A stretch of 64,000 bases of DNA from Octopus sinensis (Eukaryota). Made by a program: the position numbers and the translations under genes. Where the stretch lies: positions 47,430,001-47,494,000 of the forward strand of contig NC_043005.1 in the NCBI RefSeq assembly GCF_006345805.1, written 5' to 3'. Numbering within the stretch: position 1 is the first letter of the stretch; each line of letters begins with the position of its first letter. Shown here in pieces: positions 51,804 to 64,000 of the stretch. The notes beneath the pieces are model-generated. The model was not told the origin of the DNA and made no database searches. It worked only from the letters and a program-made list of their open reading frames with translations.

Positions 51804-52675
51804 TATATATAAACACGAGGCACAAGCTGGATTGCCTCGTTTAATCTTGGCATACCTGTTGATGAAGGCTCTGCCTAGCAAATTATTTGATTTGCTAATA
51901 TAGAGCTAGAAACCATGGTCCAGGAGATAGATGGTAAATATTTTTATTTTTCATTCCCTTTAAGATTTGTCCCTTATAATGGTTTGGATTTCAGCTGTTC
52001 CTTCTAGCATGGTCACCTCATATGTGTTTAAATGTACACTGTATTTATATGAATAATATATAGTCTACTGACTAGTTTTCTACATGCTAGGCCACTAGTA
52101 GTAAAAGATTTCAAAAATTATTTTCTTACCCTGTGTTCGCAGCAGTGTTGGAGGTGGTGGTAGTCGTTGTAGTATTAGTATGTTGCTGATGTGTAGGAAG
52201 AGAATAGGTGGAAACTCACTTGGGTGTAAATCAAAAGTACACATGCAAGTGCTAAAAAAAGGTGCAGTGTGGTATCTCTGGCCAGCTGACAAATAAATAT
52301 ATGAATAAATAAATAAATAAATTATTATAAAAATGATAGGTATATCATAGTAGCTAGCAGTAGAGACACCTGTATGACTCACTAGACATAGCAGATAGCT
52401 TTTGATAGTGACGTGATCCAATGAGTGTTGGAAACAGTAGTGAAAGCTGTTGGCATATTGAAAAAACAGAATGGAAAACATTCAATGAGTTATTGGTTCT
52501 TTTGGCTCACAAGGTTGTTCTTTTTTCATGCCAAAAGGTATATAGTATTATGTATGCTTAAAACGTGTGATACTGTATGGACGGTGGGGCATTAAACATA
52601 GGAGATTTATAGAAGTAGGGGAAGATATGAGACAAGCAAGATTTGTTGAATTTATAATTGTAATCTATATAAAAG

Positions 52676-52925
52676 TGGAGGCACATGGCTTAGTGGTTAT
52701 GGTGTCAGCACCATGGTCGAAAGATTGTGGTTTCGATTCCTGGACTGAGTGACGCGTTGTGTTCTTGAGCAAAACACTTCATTTCATGTTGCTCCAGTCA
52801 ACTCAGCTGGCAAAAATGAGTAACGCTGCAATGGACTGGCGTCCTGTCCTGCTGGGAAACGTACACGCCATAGAAACCGGGAAACCAGGCCCATGAGCCT
52901 GGCTAGGCTTTAAAAGGGTGCATTT
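52676..52925 (+). mobile_element. SINE family C (tail type 2)
   Basis: GGCACATGGCTTAGTGGTT...GGTTTCGATTCC...TTGAGCAAAACACTT...GAAACCGGGAAACCAGGCCCATGAG. Confidence 0.9.
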
Positions 52926-53237
52926 ATTTACTTATTATTAATCTATATGAAAGGAAAAGTGTAGAAGAGGTAACTGCTCTCGTTATTGATATATGATGCA
53001 ATGATGCAAATAGATGATGACTACACACTACATAATATCCATAGGAAAAGATGACAAGTCGATGTGGAAAAGAAGTTATAAAGTTTGAGCTGTGAATCTG
53101 AGGTCTTTCACTTGAGTTAAATGACTTGGTATAAGTGGTAATATTCTGCGCAAAAGATATATCTAATCTATCAAAGCATGGGAAAACAAACTTTAAGAGG
53201 TTGCTGCAGATGAAAAAAATGATATATAATTCTTTTG

Positions 53238-53670
53238 TTCTTTTACTGGTTTCAGTCATCAGACTGCAGCCATGTTGGGGCACCACCATGGAGAATTTAA
53301 ATCAAATGAATTGACCCCACTACTCATTATTTTTAAAGCCTGGTATTTAGTCTATTAGTCTCTTTTGTTGAACTGTTAAGTCATAGAGACATAGATATAT
53401 CAACACCAGCTGTCAAATGGTGGTGGGGACAAACACAGACACAAAGGCACCCCACATACATATACACATATATGTATATGATGGGTTTTTTTCAGTTTCC
53501 CATACGTATATACATATATGTATATGTTGGACTTATTTCAGTTTCTATCTACCAAATCTACTCCCAAAGCTATAGTAGAAGACACTTACCCAAGGAGTCA
53601 CACCATGGAACTGGACACAGAACCAAATGGTTAGGGAGCAAACTTATCACGCAGGCATACCTGCACCTAT
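53238..53670 (-). mobile_element. SINE family A (degraded)
   Basis: Tail, body and head motifs in reverse orientation. Confidence 0.8.
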
Positions 53671-55403
53671 AATGATCAGTAAATTCATCTATAATGATCA
53701 GAACATTCATATCATCATAATCATCATCATCACTTAAGATCTGCTTTCCATGCTGGCATATATTCTTTATTAATCTAACACTAATCAGGAAGTGGATTGT
53801 TGTAAGAGGGATTCCTGTGAAGTATTAACATTTGTAGTATATATTTTAACATTATGTTGTACAATGACATTAGTATTTGATACTTAAAGTGTAACTTGCT
53901 GTTGATATAAACATGTGTTTGTGTTGTAACTGCAGTTTTGCATAAAAACTTTAGATAACACATATACACACACATAGTCATACATACTTGACATATAATG
54001 TGTATGTGCATATATGCACACATACATATACGATAAAACACTTGTGCATACTCACTCACATATATCATGTTGCATAGAGAAATATCAGATGGCTATCCCC
54101 ATCTGTGGTTAACTGGCCTAAACACAGATATTGTAAGTAAACCAGAGCTGCAGATTGGATATAGTTTTCTTTTTGCTGTGAGAATTGTTGTTACAGTTCA
54201 GTGCAAAATTATCTCTGGCAGAATGCCAGGCTTGGCGTTGAGTAGAAAGAGTTCCACCAGCAAACATCTTGGGAGAGGCAATTTCGTGCAAGCTGTTATT
54301 TTTACATGGTTAAATGACACTTGTTCTGTCAGAGTGTTAGTTGCATCAGGTGTGGTTTGCTTTAACACTGATAGGCACTGGCACTCAACCAAATTTTCAC
54401 AGATAGACAGCAGATCAAACTATTGCCATTTTTCCTTTAACACATTGACTATGTCTGCCCTTAATATAAACTTAATATCTACAAATATTTTCTTTTTCTA
54501 AGTGGGTATTTTAAATCAAACATAAGTAAGCTTACAGAAAACGGAAGAGAAATATAATGTTTATGATTACAAGTTTGTTTCAATACAAATCTTTTTCTTG
54601 TGTCATTTTGGCACCAAAGTAATGAACACAGCATAAAGTAGCATTGTTTCATCAGCGCTGTGAACGTCATTATATTTTGTTTTAATCTGTGGACAATATT
54701 TGAGCTGGCTAATGGGTTTTGAACATGTGTGCTTAAAGCAGATAATGATGACTTCACCTATCAAGAGTGATGTATGAGTTTCCAGCAGATCAATTGATTG
54801 AACTATCTACTAAAAGAATTAATATATAACTGGCTGAGTATTCCATTGAAACATGAAACTTTTAAAGTAATTTTCATATAGAATCACCTTGACAAAATGT
54901 GACAAGACTGGCACAGTCAATACAACAGGCTAGCCATCTACCAGTTTTACTGGCTTGAGTTGACCTAGAGTTATGATAAAAAAAACTTGCTCAAGATGCC
55001 ATACAATGACATTGAAACCAGAACACCAAAATTGAGAGGCCAACATCTCAACAACCCAGTTATTCCAACAGAGAAAATATGGTGACATGTGTTTGTGTTT
55101 ACTGAAAATACTTCGGATATTTTTCTTTTTTCTTGTGAACATAACTGTATATCTGGCATTATCTTGTATAATGAACATGTGTGCATCAAGGATACTGGTG
55201 TACATTCCGGATACATGTGCATATTTCTGTTGTCATGGTGGTTCAGCCTTGAAATAGCTCTGATCAAGCATACTTATAATCAAAGTCGTTGATTCCAGAT
55301 GTCTTCTTTTGAGGGGAAAACCAAAGATTAGATTAGTTAATGTGTTTTTCTATCATTAAAACAATAAGGTTTGATTTGTAGGAGATTTGGCTGCTATTAC
55401 TTA

Positions 55404-55633
55404 TTTCTTTATTGCCTACAAGGGGCTAAACATAGAGGTAACAAATAAGGACAGGCAAACAGATTAAGTCGATTACACTGACCCCAGTGCATAACTGGTA
55501 CTTAATTTATCGACCTCGAAAGGATGAAAGTCAAAGTCGACCACATCGGAATATGAACTCAGAAGGTAACAGCAGACGAAATAGCACAAAGCATTTCACC
55601 CAGCATGCTAACATTTCTGCCAGCTCGCCACCT
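55404..55633 (-). mobile_element. SINE family B
   Basis: Aligns to 25381-25617. Confidence 0.88.
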
Positions 55634-55748
55634 TGGCTGCTATTTGTAGTAGGTTTAGCTACCACATAGATGCTTGCTTATTGTCTTATTGGACAATCAG
55701 TGTGTGCTTGCATGTGTCATAATAGCCCTTGTTGTAATCGTTATTTAA

Positions 55749-55955
55749 CCCTTTAGCGTTCAGATTCCACTGTCAAATATGATGCCTGTTTATTCACATT
55801 GTTTCGAATTAAACATGAATTATCTCATAGCTCCAAGATTTCAATGATGTGATTGTTTACTTTTAGCGTAGGTGTGAGAGACTGGATCTAATCAGTTTGA
55901 ACATGAAACAGGTAGAACATTTCAGCTGGATATGATTGGTTTAAATGTTTAGGGC
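55749..55955. mobile_element. piggyBac-type MITE family 2 (opposite orientation)
   Basis: TTAA|CCCTTTAGCGTTCAG...TTTAAATGTTTAGGGC|TTAA. Confidence 0.75.
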
Positions 55956-55989
55956 TTAACTCTTAGTCAAGGTTAACGACCAAGCCTTT

Positions 55990-56345
55990 CATCACTGTCA
56001 TCATCATCATCATCGTCATCGTCGTCATCGTCATCATCGTCATCGTCATCATCATCATCATCATTATCATCATCATCATTTAACATCTACCTTCCATGAT
56101 GGCATGGGACGGTTTTGCTAGAGCCAGCCAGATAGAAGCCTGCACCAGACTTCTGTGATTGTTTTGGCAGGACTTTTACAGCTGGATGCCCTTCCTAACA
56201 CCAACCACTCAGCAGAGTGGACGTAGTGATTTTTACATGGCACAAGCATAGGTGATGTCAGTTTTGGTAAGGTTTTTACAGCTGGATGCCCTTCCAAACA
56301 CCAGCCACTTTACAGTATGGACTGGGTGCTTTTAAGTGGCACCTG
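55990..56345 (-). mobile_element. RTE-type 3' UTR with expanded (CAT)n/(CGT)n tail and an internal duplicated motif
   Basis: TTTTACAGCTGGATGCCCTTCC twice (about 56175 and 56275); matches rc of 10900-11050. Confidence 0.8.
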
Positions 56346-56369
56346 CATTTACAGGGTCACCAAATTTTT

Positions 56370-58397
56370 CATTTTCAACAAATTTCCTCATAACTGGTCC
56401 TTCAAATAAACTCTCTTCAACTTTGGTGTCTCTTACATTTGGAAACTTGCTACATAAATACTTGAAGCCTTCTTAATTCTGTGGTTAAGCTTTTATAAAT
56501 TGCTTCACGAGGCCAAGTTTTATATACAAAGAAAGCAAAAGAACTCTTTTCGGATCAACCAAGTTTTCTTTAAGAACATTTTTTGTTCCTGGTATAAGCA
56601 CATTCCTACTTGACCATTCTTTTTTAAACCAATGGAGGTTCTTGGTTCTTCTGTCCCATTCACAATTGATTCAATGAAACTTTGTGTAGCCTGACTGCTA
56701 TCCAAGCAGCATACAAATTATTTTCAAGTTGCCACACATCATCCAGTTGTGACCTTTGAATTTGTTCTTGTGTAAGAGTAATACCAAATTTTCATACGTT
56801 TCCTTCATGATCACTGAATGTCCAACAGAAATGGAAGTATATTACCATTATGCAGTGGAATAGAGCTTTAAGACTTCTGCTTGAAGAGCCAATAGTCTCC
56901 ATTCATCAGGACTGTAACTTACACCAAACTTCTCCATTAGTTTTGATGGATCTATACAGCGAATCAATTGTTTTCTTGAGCAAAATAAGATACAAATTCC
57001 TTTATGCTGTTATGGTCCCAACAGAATGATGCATGAGAAGCTAAAAGATTTTTAGATTAAGTCTGGAACCTAAAATCACTGCTGATTCCTTTTCATGCCC
57101 TAAGTCCCTCACTAGATCACACTGGTTGAATAGTTGAAGTTCTTCACCTTCACTGCCACTGAAATCTCCATCATCATTGCCATTTCTGACTCAGAACTCA
57201 AGTATATGTCTTCATGGTTTCCTGGTGGTGATGGAACTGCAACATCTGCTCCATGGGCAACAGGTCACAATGTAGATAGGAGATTTGGATAAACCATATT
57301 TTCCTCACCCTTAGAATTGTGTCCCCTGCACCTAACATGAACAAAAGTATCTGTCATCACTGTGATTTTTAGGCTCTCTCCATATCATTGAAACCCCAAA
57401 ACAAAAAGACTTCTATGTACATTTTGTCCATTGTCTTAGTTCTTCAACATAAATTGAGCAGGCCTTATGAGAAGCCCACTTCTTATCTTGGTCTCCTAAT
57501 TTCATACCAAATTAGGCATAGTAAGATATTTGACAAATTTGGTAATGTTTCTCTGACATTTCTTAGTCATAAACTCACCACAAATATAACAGAACTTATC
57601 TGGGGTTGTCGCACATCATCTAAGAGACATCCTTGCTACAAATGATTTAGAACTCTGTAAGAAAAGGGTAAGGGACTTTCTAAATGTCTACATAATATCA
57701 TTAAAAAAAGCATTTAAATGTAACATATGATACAATAAAACAAAGTATGTAGCATATATACAATGAAAAAAGGTATGAGGAAATGACTGAAATATAGAAA
57801 AAAGGATATATCTCAATCTACACACTGTGACCTTGTAAAACATATCTTTCTTTCTTCTCTGCTAGTGTGTAACTGAAGCCACAGTGATGCAAGCATCTCT
57901 CTGTGTAGCTGAAGTTGTCTAAACTTTGCTAGATGCTTATTTTCTAAAATTTCACTTATTAGTTGTACTGTTATAGTCTATTTAAATGAATAAATTAAAT
58001 GTAATAATGGTTTCAAATTTTGGCACAAAGCCAGTAAGGTTGGGGCATTGGGTAAGCCAGTGTTCAATTGATACTTATTTATCAACCCCAAAAGGATGAA
58101 AGGCAAAATTGACCATGGCAGAATTTGAAATCAGAACATAAAACGGACAAAATGCCACTAAGCACTTTGCCCAAAATGCTAATGATTCTGCCAGCTCACC
58201 ACCTTAATTAATAGTAATTATATATAAAAAAAAATACAATAGTCAGAGGGGGGCATAATATTAAAATGCAATGATCGATTTTGGGAAGAAACCATAGGTG
58301 AAAGGATAATTTCTTTGTAATTATTGATATCAGCAGGTAAAAAATTAATCAATTTCATCCAATAAATATGAAACAATTTTTTGGCTGCAGACCAGTG
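56370..58397 (-). mobile_element. Chapaev3-like (CMC superfamily) DNA transposon, 3'-truncated
   Basis: Transposase pseudogene plus terminus ...GGCTGCAGACCAGTG|TTA at 58397 (element 5' CACTGG, TWA flank); SINE B inserted at 58008-58205. Confidence 0.75.
56380..57632 (-). pseudogene. Chapaev3-type transposase pseudogene
   Basis: PDKFCYICGEF; FGMKLGDQDKKWASH; IWREPKNHSDDRYFC; DLVRDLG..KESAVILGSRL; DEWRL..SSSRSLKA; LHNGN; GHSV..KETYENL; WMMCGNLK; QSGYTKF; CEWD; LVDPKRVLL..YIKLGLVKQFIKA; FKYLCSKFP. Many stops and frameshifts. Confidence 0.88.
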
Positions 58398-59829
58398 TTA
58401 TATTCTTTTTTTTTTTTTATAATTTCACTAACAATACATGAATATATCTGAAAATCATAGTGTGAGTTTAAAATCTATGAGAAAATACTTGAAAAAGGAT
58501 AATATTGTAAAGGTGTGATATTTGTGGGAAGATAACAATTGGGTGAACAAATTTTCTCAATTGTTGTTAAACATTCAAATCTGTGATAAGGTAGGCAAAT
58601 TATAATTGATGTAGTTAACACAAAGATAGCTGGGACTCAAAGAGAAAAGCAATCAGGAAAGATAATAATTTTCTAAACCTTTCCAACCTACGACTATGGT
58701 GAAAATAGGTGCAAGAATAATTAATGATTCTACATTAGCATTATGTATGAAGAGTTTTCATCATCTCACAGACTGTTAAATTAAGTGTGAGAAATAGATA
58801 AAGATAATGATCCAGAAGTTTTGACATGTTGAATAAATTTGCAAGGAACCTTAGCTAAATTAAAGAGAGATAATCCCTAGAAAGTTTCAGCACCTTAATT
58901 TGTAATTCTAATTAAATCATACAGAGAGCAACTGCAGATATGAGGCTGTAATCTTTAGCACTTATATAAACACTGACAACAGCTATTTCTACATCTTATT
59001 GGCAAATTTATTAGAAAATAATACAGAACTATGAAATTAAGTTGTTTTAATTAGAAACAAGTTGTTAATAAGATTTTTCGAATTTGCACTGATGCAATGC
59101 AGGAACCATCATTTAATCACATGAGTTGTCTTGGAATGTCTGTCTTAAGATTTTAGAGGAATGTTTTCGATCAAGAATTTTATAGGCTTTAATTGTATGG
59201 CTCATTTAGCCTTTTACTTGTATCTTTCCTTGATGGAGTAAGCAATTTGGAAAAATGACAAGTTAAAATAAATATGTGATTATATGCTACCTTAGTATAT
59301 TTTTGACACTTCACTGGTTAGTAATTTTGAGGAAATTACATAGAAGTCTGTCCCATTAACCAACTCTATTGAAGCATGGTATTTCAAGGCTGGTTTGATT
59401 TCTACAGCATTAGAAAACTTCAAAGGTCTTCAGAAAGCAGAAAAGAAACCATCATTAACAACCTGAGTCTGTCATTTCTATTTTGGCCTAAATATGTAAT
59501 GCTATGTTACTCATTTTATAAATACTAAATTTAACAACTGTTATTTACAGATAGATAAAATATTCTCAGATGAGCCAACATCAAATTACTTTAAATTCAT
59601 TTAAACTAGTTTACATTAATGGTGATATTAATGAAATCTAAAACTTACCAGGAAAACTATTTATGCCTCATTGAAGTAATGGCAATGTTTATCTCTTTAC
59701 ACTCTAAACAACAGATGGGTATAAGGCAAGAAAAATCTGTAGTACTAATATGATGAGGTTTTCAATATCAATATATATCATCATAAAGCACTTAGTGTAT
59801 AAAGTAATAAAAATAATTGTCTGGCAGAG

Positions 59830-60640
59830 ATATCTTAAAGACTCTGGTAAAGGCAAATTTGTTGTTTTTGATGTCACTAAAGTCTTTGACCATATCTACT
59901 ATGATGATTGTCAAGCCAAGTTGTCTTTTAATGGATTTCACCTATTTCTTACTCATCTTCAATAAAATTGATTCTCCATCAATCAGTTCTATCTTAGCAT
60001 ATGCTGACAAAAACTCCCTCTTTCTACTCACTCTGTGCCGTCTTAGTCTATTTCAAGATTTGGTTTTATGTCATTCATACTCAGCCTAGATATATTACAC
60101 TGGCACCACATAACTGCATGAATAAAACTCTTAAAAACATTATTCCATACGAAGATGAAAAATCAGTCACAAAGTTGACAAGCAGAATCAACACTTACAA
60201 ACTCACATTCCACAACTAAAAAAAAAAAAAATAGAAACAAATCTACAAAACTTTCTGTTTTTGAACATTAAACATCTGAAATTTTCACGTTAAGTTGTAG
60301 AATCTCTGATGATCATTTATAGTGCTTACACATGTATACATTAACCAACACTACATTCAAAATATCAGTTTCCTCTTCTGTGTTAATTCAAAATTTCAAC
60401 TCTAAGCTTTTGCTGATTCATTATAATAGATGTCTCGTATTAGAGATACACATTACCTCTTGTCAGGAATGGTAAATCAGCAGTTTTTTCTACATTCCAA
60501 AGTATTTCACACTTATCTTCACTCGTCATCATATTATAACCATTTTCTTACCAACACTCTGTTCTCGATTTCTTCTAGTGTTTTCACAGAGGCCACTTCT
60601 CTTCTTAATTTGTCAACTGCACTTTGCATCTCAGCTGTAA
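59830..60640 (+). mobile_element. Highly degraded LINE reverse-transcriptase fragment (Jockey/CR1-like)
   Basis: FDVTKVFDHIYYDDCQAKLSFNGFH (cf. LDISKAFD.VWH..L..KL..YG) and LAYADK (YADD-like). Confidence 0.55.
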
Positions 60641-60674
60641 AAAGTAATAGAAGTATTCAAAAGATGCTTGGTTA

Positions 60675-61260
60675 CTCTCTTTACTCTTTTACTTGTTTCA
60701 GTCATTTGACTGACGCCATACTGGAGCATCGCATTTAATCGAGCAAAGCAACCCCAAGACTTATTCTTCGCCATTACACACATTTTTTTCTCTCCTTGTT
60801 TCTCTCTGTGTTCCTTTCTGTGGAAGAGCGTAGGCTTAAAACGTTAAAGACTTTTTCAATTCCCAAGCGTTATACTAATACATCTGTTTGTTTTCTACAC
60901 CACCTGTCTTTGTCCTTTGTTTTTTTTTTGTGAATTCTCCCCTTATTCTTTGTAAGCCTAGTACTTATTCTATCGGTCTCTTTTGCCAAACTGCTAAGTT
61001 ACAGGGATGTAAACAAACCAGCATTGGTTGTCAAGCAATGTTGGGGGACAAACACAGACACACAAATATATACACACACATACACATATATATATACATA
61101 TATACGACGGACTTCTTTCAGTTTCCATCTACCAAATCCACTCACAAGGCTTTGGTCGGCCCAAGGCTATAGTAGAAGACACTTGCCCAAGGTGCCACAC
61201 AGTGGGACTGAACCAGGAATCGTGTGGTTCGTAAGCAAGCTACTTACCACACAGCCACTC
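60675..61260 (-). mobile_element. SINE family A interrupted by a 173-bp insert
   Basis: Consensus resumes after a duplication of CTTATTCTT. Confidence 0.9.
60769..60941 (+). mobile_element. Penelope-like terminal fragment with 9-bp TSD
   Basis: TSD CTTATTCTT at 60760-60768 and 60942-60950; motif GGAAGAGCGTAGGCTTAAAACGTTAAA. Confidence 0.65.
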
Positions 61261-61274
61261 CAGGTTAAACTAGG

Positions 61275-61885
61275 ATAATGCTTCAAAGGGTTTAGCCAAT
61301 CAAATCATCTCCAGTGCTTATTTTAAACTTGGTGCTTATTCTACCAGTCTTTTGTTGAGCTACTAACTTATGGAAACATAAACATGCCACCACTTGTCAA
61401 GTGACGAGAGACAGAGAGACATACACAAAGATGCTCTTACACACACACATACATACACAACAGGCTGCCACACTGTCTACATCTAACAATTTCAATCACA
61501 AGGCATTGGTCAGTCTGGAGCTATAGTAAAAGTTGCTTGCCCAAGATACTGGGCAGTGGATCTGAACTCAAAACCCCATTGTTGTCAAGCAATCTTCTTA
61601 ACCACACAGCTATGCTTGCACCTATAAAACTGTATAAATAAAATAAATGCGCCCTTTTAAAGCCCAGCCAGGCTCATGGGCCCGGTTTCCTAGTTTCAAT
61701 GGCGCATGCGTTCCACAGCTGGATGGGATGCCAGTCCATCGCAGCGTTACTCATTTTTGCCAGGTGAGTGGACTGGAGCAATGTGAAATGAAGTGTTTTG
61801 CTCAAGAACACAACCCATTCGGAATAGAAACCACAATCTTACGATCTTGATGCTGACACCCTAACCACTTGGGCCACTTGACTCC
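61275..61885 (-). mobile_element. Degraded SINE family A (61275-61625) followed by SINE family C tail type 2 (61645-61885)
   Basis: Reverse-complement matches to 30122 and 52676. Confidence 0.8.
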
Positions 61886-62307
61886 ATCATAAAACTGTAT
61901 ACTTTATTTATATTATTATTTGCCATAGGAACAAATATGACAACCATGTGGCAGTGACATAGTGTTGAGTGTGAGGGTGCAGACTGCATAGGGGCAGCCA
62001 CTTTGGTAAGGGAAGGAATGAACATGTTGAACATATATTGCAGCTAAGGAATGTGCTGTCATTTGGTTACCTCAAATGGTGGCCAAAATCTGTGCTATGT
62101 CATTACCATGTGGAGGAAAAGTTTATTTTGGAACCTCGTGGTCCTTGGTTTGATTCTACATCATGGCATTTAGGGTATGCTATCTGAGTCAAATTTTTGT
62201 GGATAGAAATGCATGCAAAAAACCTGGAAGATGTTTATTTAAATTCGTAGGAAGGGAAGGATTAAACCTTATCAACACAGCAAACAAAAATACCCACCTG
62301 ACAGCAG

Positions 62308-62368
<61 letters not shown>

Positions 62369-62625
62369 GGTGGTGGTGGGTGATGATGGATGATGATGAT
62401 GATGATGGTGATGATGGTGATGATGATGATGATGATCATGATCATGGTGATAATGATGATGATGATGATGATGATGAATAATTATGATGATGGTAATGAT
62501 GATGATGATTATGATGATGATGGTGGTGGTGGTGGTTGATGATGCAGATGATGATGATGATGACGATGCTGGCGATGATAATGACGACGACGATGGTGGT
62601 GGTGGTGGTGGTGGTGATGGTTTTT
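62308..62625. repeat. Compound (GAT)n/(GGT)n trinucleotide tract
   Basis: Seen directly; explains the poly-M/D/H ORFs. Confidence 0.97.
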
Positions 62626-64000
62626 ATGATCATTCATTCAATTATCCATTTCAGAGAAATTCTCAATATTACATAGCACATACCAGACATGCATGGTCTA
62701 GTTACTTCGTTCTATTCAAAACTAATTTCTTATTTCATTTCTAAATTATTGTATAAGACCTTGAAAGTTTTCTTGGCAATTAATAGAAGATGGAATTTCT
62801 TTTTAATCCATTGATTTCTTTCTTGCACCTTTCACAGAACAGAATTAGCATAATAAAACCTTCTTTCGACAATCTTTCTAGGATTTATCTCAGATCTTCA
62901 GCAAAGATACCCACCAACATATTTATCAAGATTTTGCTTCGTTGGCTAACATGCTCTGACAGGTCTTAATACCATACGCTTTATCTCTCTACCAATCACC
63001 TGCATTAGCTTCATTTGTCCGTCACATTTCTGAAATTCTCATCAACCAGCCCTGGACTGTCCTTGCACACCTAAACCTAAGTGAGTGTTTGTCCTGAAGG
63101 TTTAACATTAATTTATATATGGTTTAATACAGCTCATATAAACTTCTCATATTAGTAAATATTAAAGAAAATATAAATGGTTAAGTTAATACAAGAGACA
63201 GAATGAATAGATCATATCATTTGATACCATGTAATGTCTTATTTGATATGTCACAATCCTGGGTTCAAATCCACCTTAACTCACCTCAGATTTAGTTTTG
63301 GGAGGCAGGATTAAAGCACTGTGAAGGAGATTTTGGTGTTTGAATAATAAGCTAAGGAACAGTTAAATCTCAAATTTGAACAGCTATTCTATTTTGCTTA
63401 AAAACAAAACTCATATATCAATGCCATTTTTAATTACTGATAGGTTGGATCACAAACTAACATAGGAGCTTCTACATGGTTATTTAACCACGAAAAACAG
63501 CAGTTAAATTCCTCTCAGATCATTGTTGGATTAAAAGCCCATGACCAACCCTTCTAAAACCACAATATCTATTACACCATATCTTTAGTTTAGCACTAGG
63601 TCAATTGAGTGGACCCATGATTATAAACATACCCCATTAACTATTCTATATAGCGCATCAAGAAGTAACTTGTATAGTAGATTATGTCTCCTCACTGAGG
63701 AAGTCTAATAAGGCTGAAACATCGCACCTAGTGATACACTGATATTGAGCAAGATCTTGTGTTTTTAGCATAAGTCTGTATTGAAATGTCACTCTGAGAC
63801 AAAATATTACAGCCAGTGCTGTTCCACATTTATATGAGGGGCATTCCAGAAGCTTAGAGACTTTTTATAGGAGTGGCAGTTATAACTCTCCCCGATTATT
63901 GTAATTGTACTATATCATTATTAAACATCTAATAAGCTGATCTGCCAACTCTTGTTGTTCTAGATTGAAGAAGATGGCTGTAACACGGCTTGTCACAGCT

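Noticed and set aside
54745-54838. Possible C/D-box snoRNA (ATGATGA...CTGA)
   Set aside because: No convincing terminal stem, and ATGATGA is ubiquitous in this sequence
57823-57886. Two RSS-like heptamers (CACTGTG at 57823, CACAGTG at 57880) upstream of the transposase
   Set aside because: No ACAAAAACC-like nonamer at 12 or 23 bp, the protein is Chapaev3-type rather than RAG1/Transib, and a better terminus lies at 58397
59408-59466. Possible terminal exon LENFKGLQKAEKKPSLTT*
   Set aside because: Only an acceptor and 18 open codons; expected by chance, and no independent support
242-62744. Dozens of long ORFs rich in Y/I/C/V/H/M/D
   Set aside because: They are translations of di-, tri- and tetranucleotide microsatellites or of SINE bodies, not proteins

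Overview
AT-rich, microsatellite-saturated eukaryotic DNA with no prokaryotic features. The repeat set (three tRNA-derived SINE families, (TA)n/(CATA)n/(TAGA)n/(ATT)n/(CAT)n tracts, RTE/CR1/R4/Penelope fragments) is typical of an octopod cephalopod; this is inferred from the repeats, not proven. Almost all ORFs in the supplied track are microsatellite or transposon artefacts. Well-supported elements: a degenerate FLYWCH+MULE transposon with both termini and a TSD, nested in a hAT-type MITE (2152-4070); a Chapaev3-like transposase pseudogene with one terminus (56370-58397); five R4/Dong-like retrotransposon fragments, all abutting TAA repeats; three non-autonomous Helitrons with unrelated cores but a shared 33-nt 3' end; piggyBac-type MITEs; two foldback elements; and two near-identical tandem duplications (354 bp and about 1.05 kb). 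The most intriguing non-repeat signal is a set of short + strand candidate exons with canonical splice sites (23651-23733, 32525-32571, 33251-33304, 48487-48518, 48860-48974). The first three are phase-compatible in series, as are the last two, and together they read like a divergent TRIM37-type MATH/TRAF domain with its middle exon(s) unresolved. The first of these exons is locally duplicated and both copies carry in-frame stops. This gene model is a by-eye inference and needs RNA evidence. Coordinates of degraded repeats are approximate.
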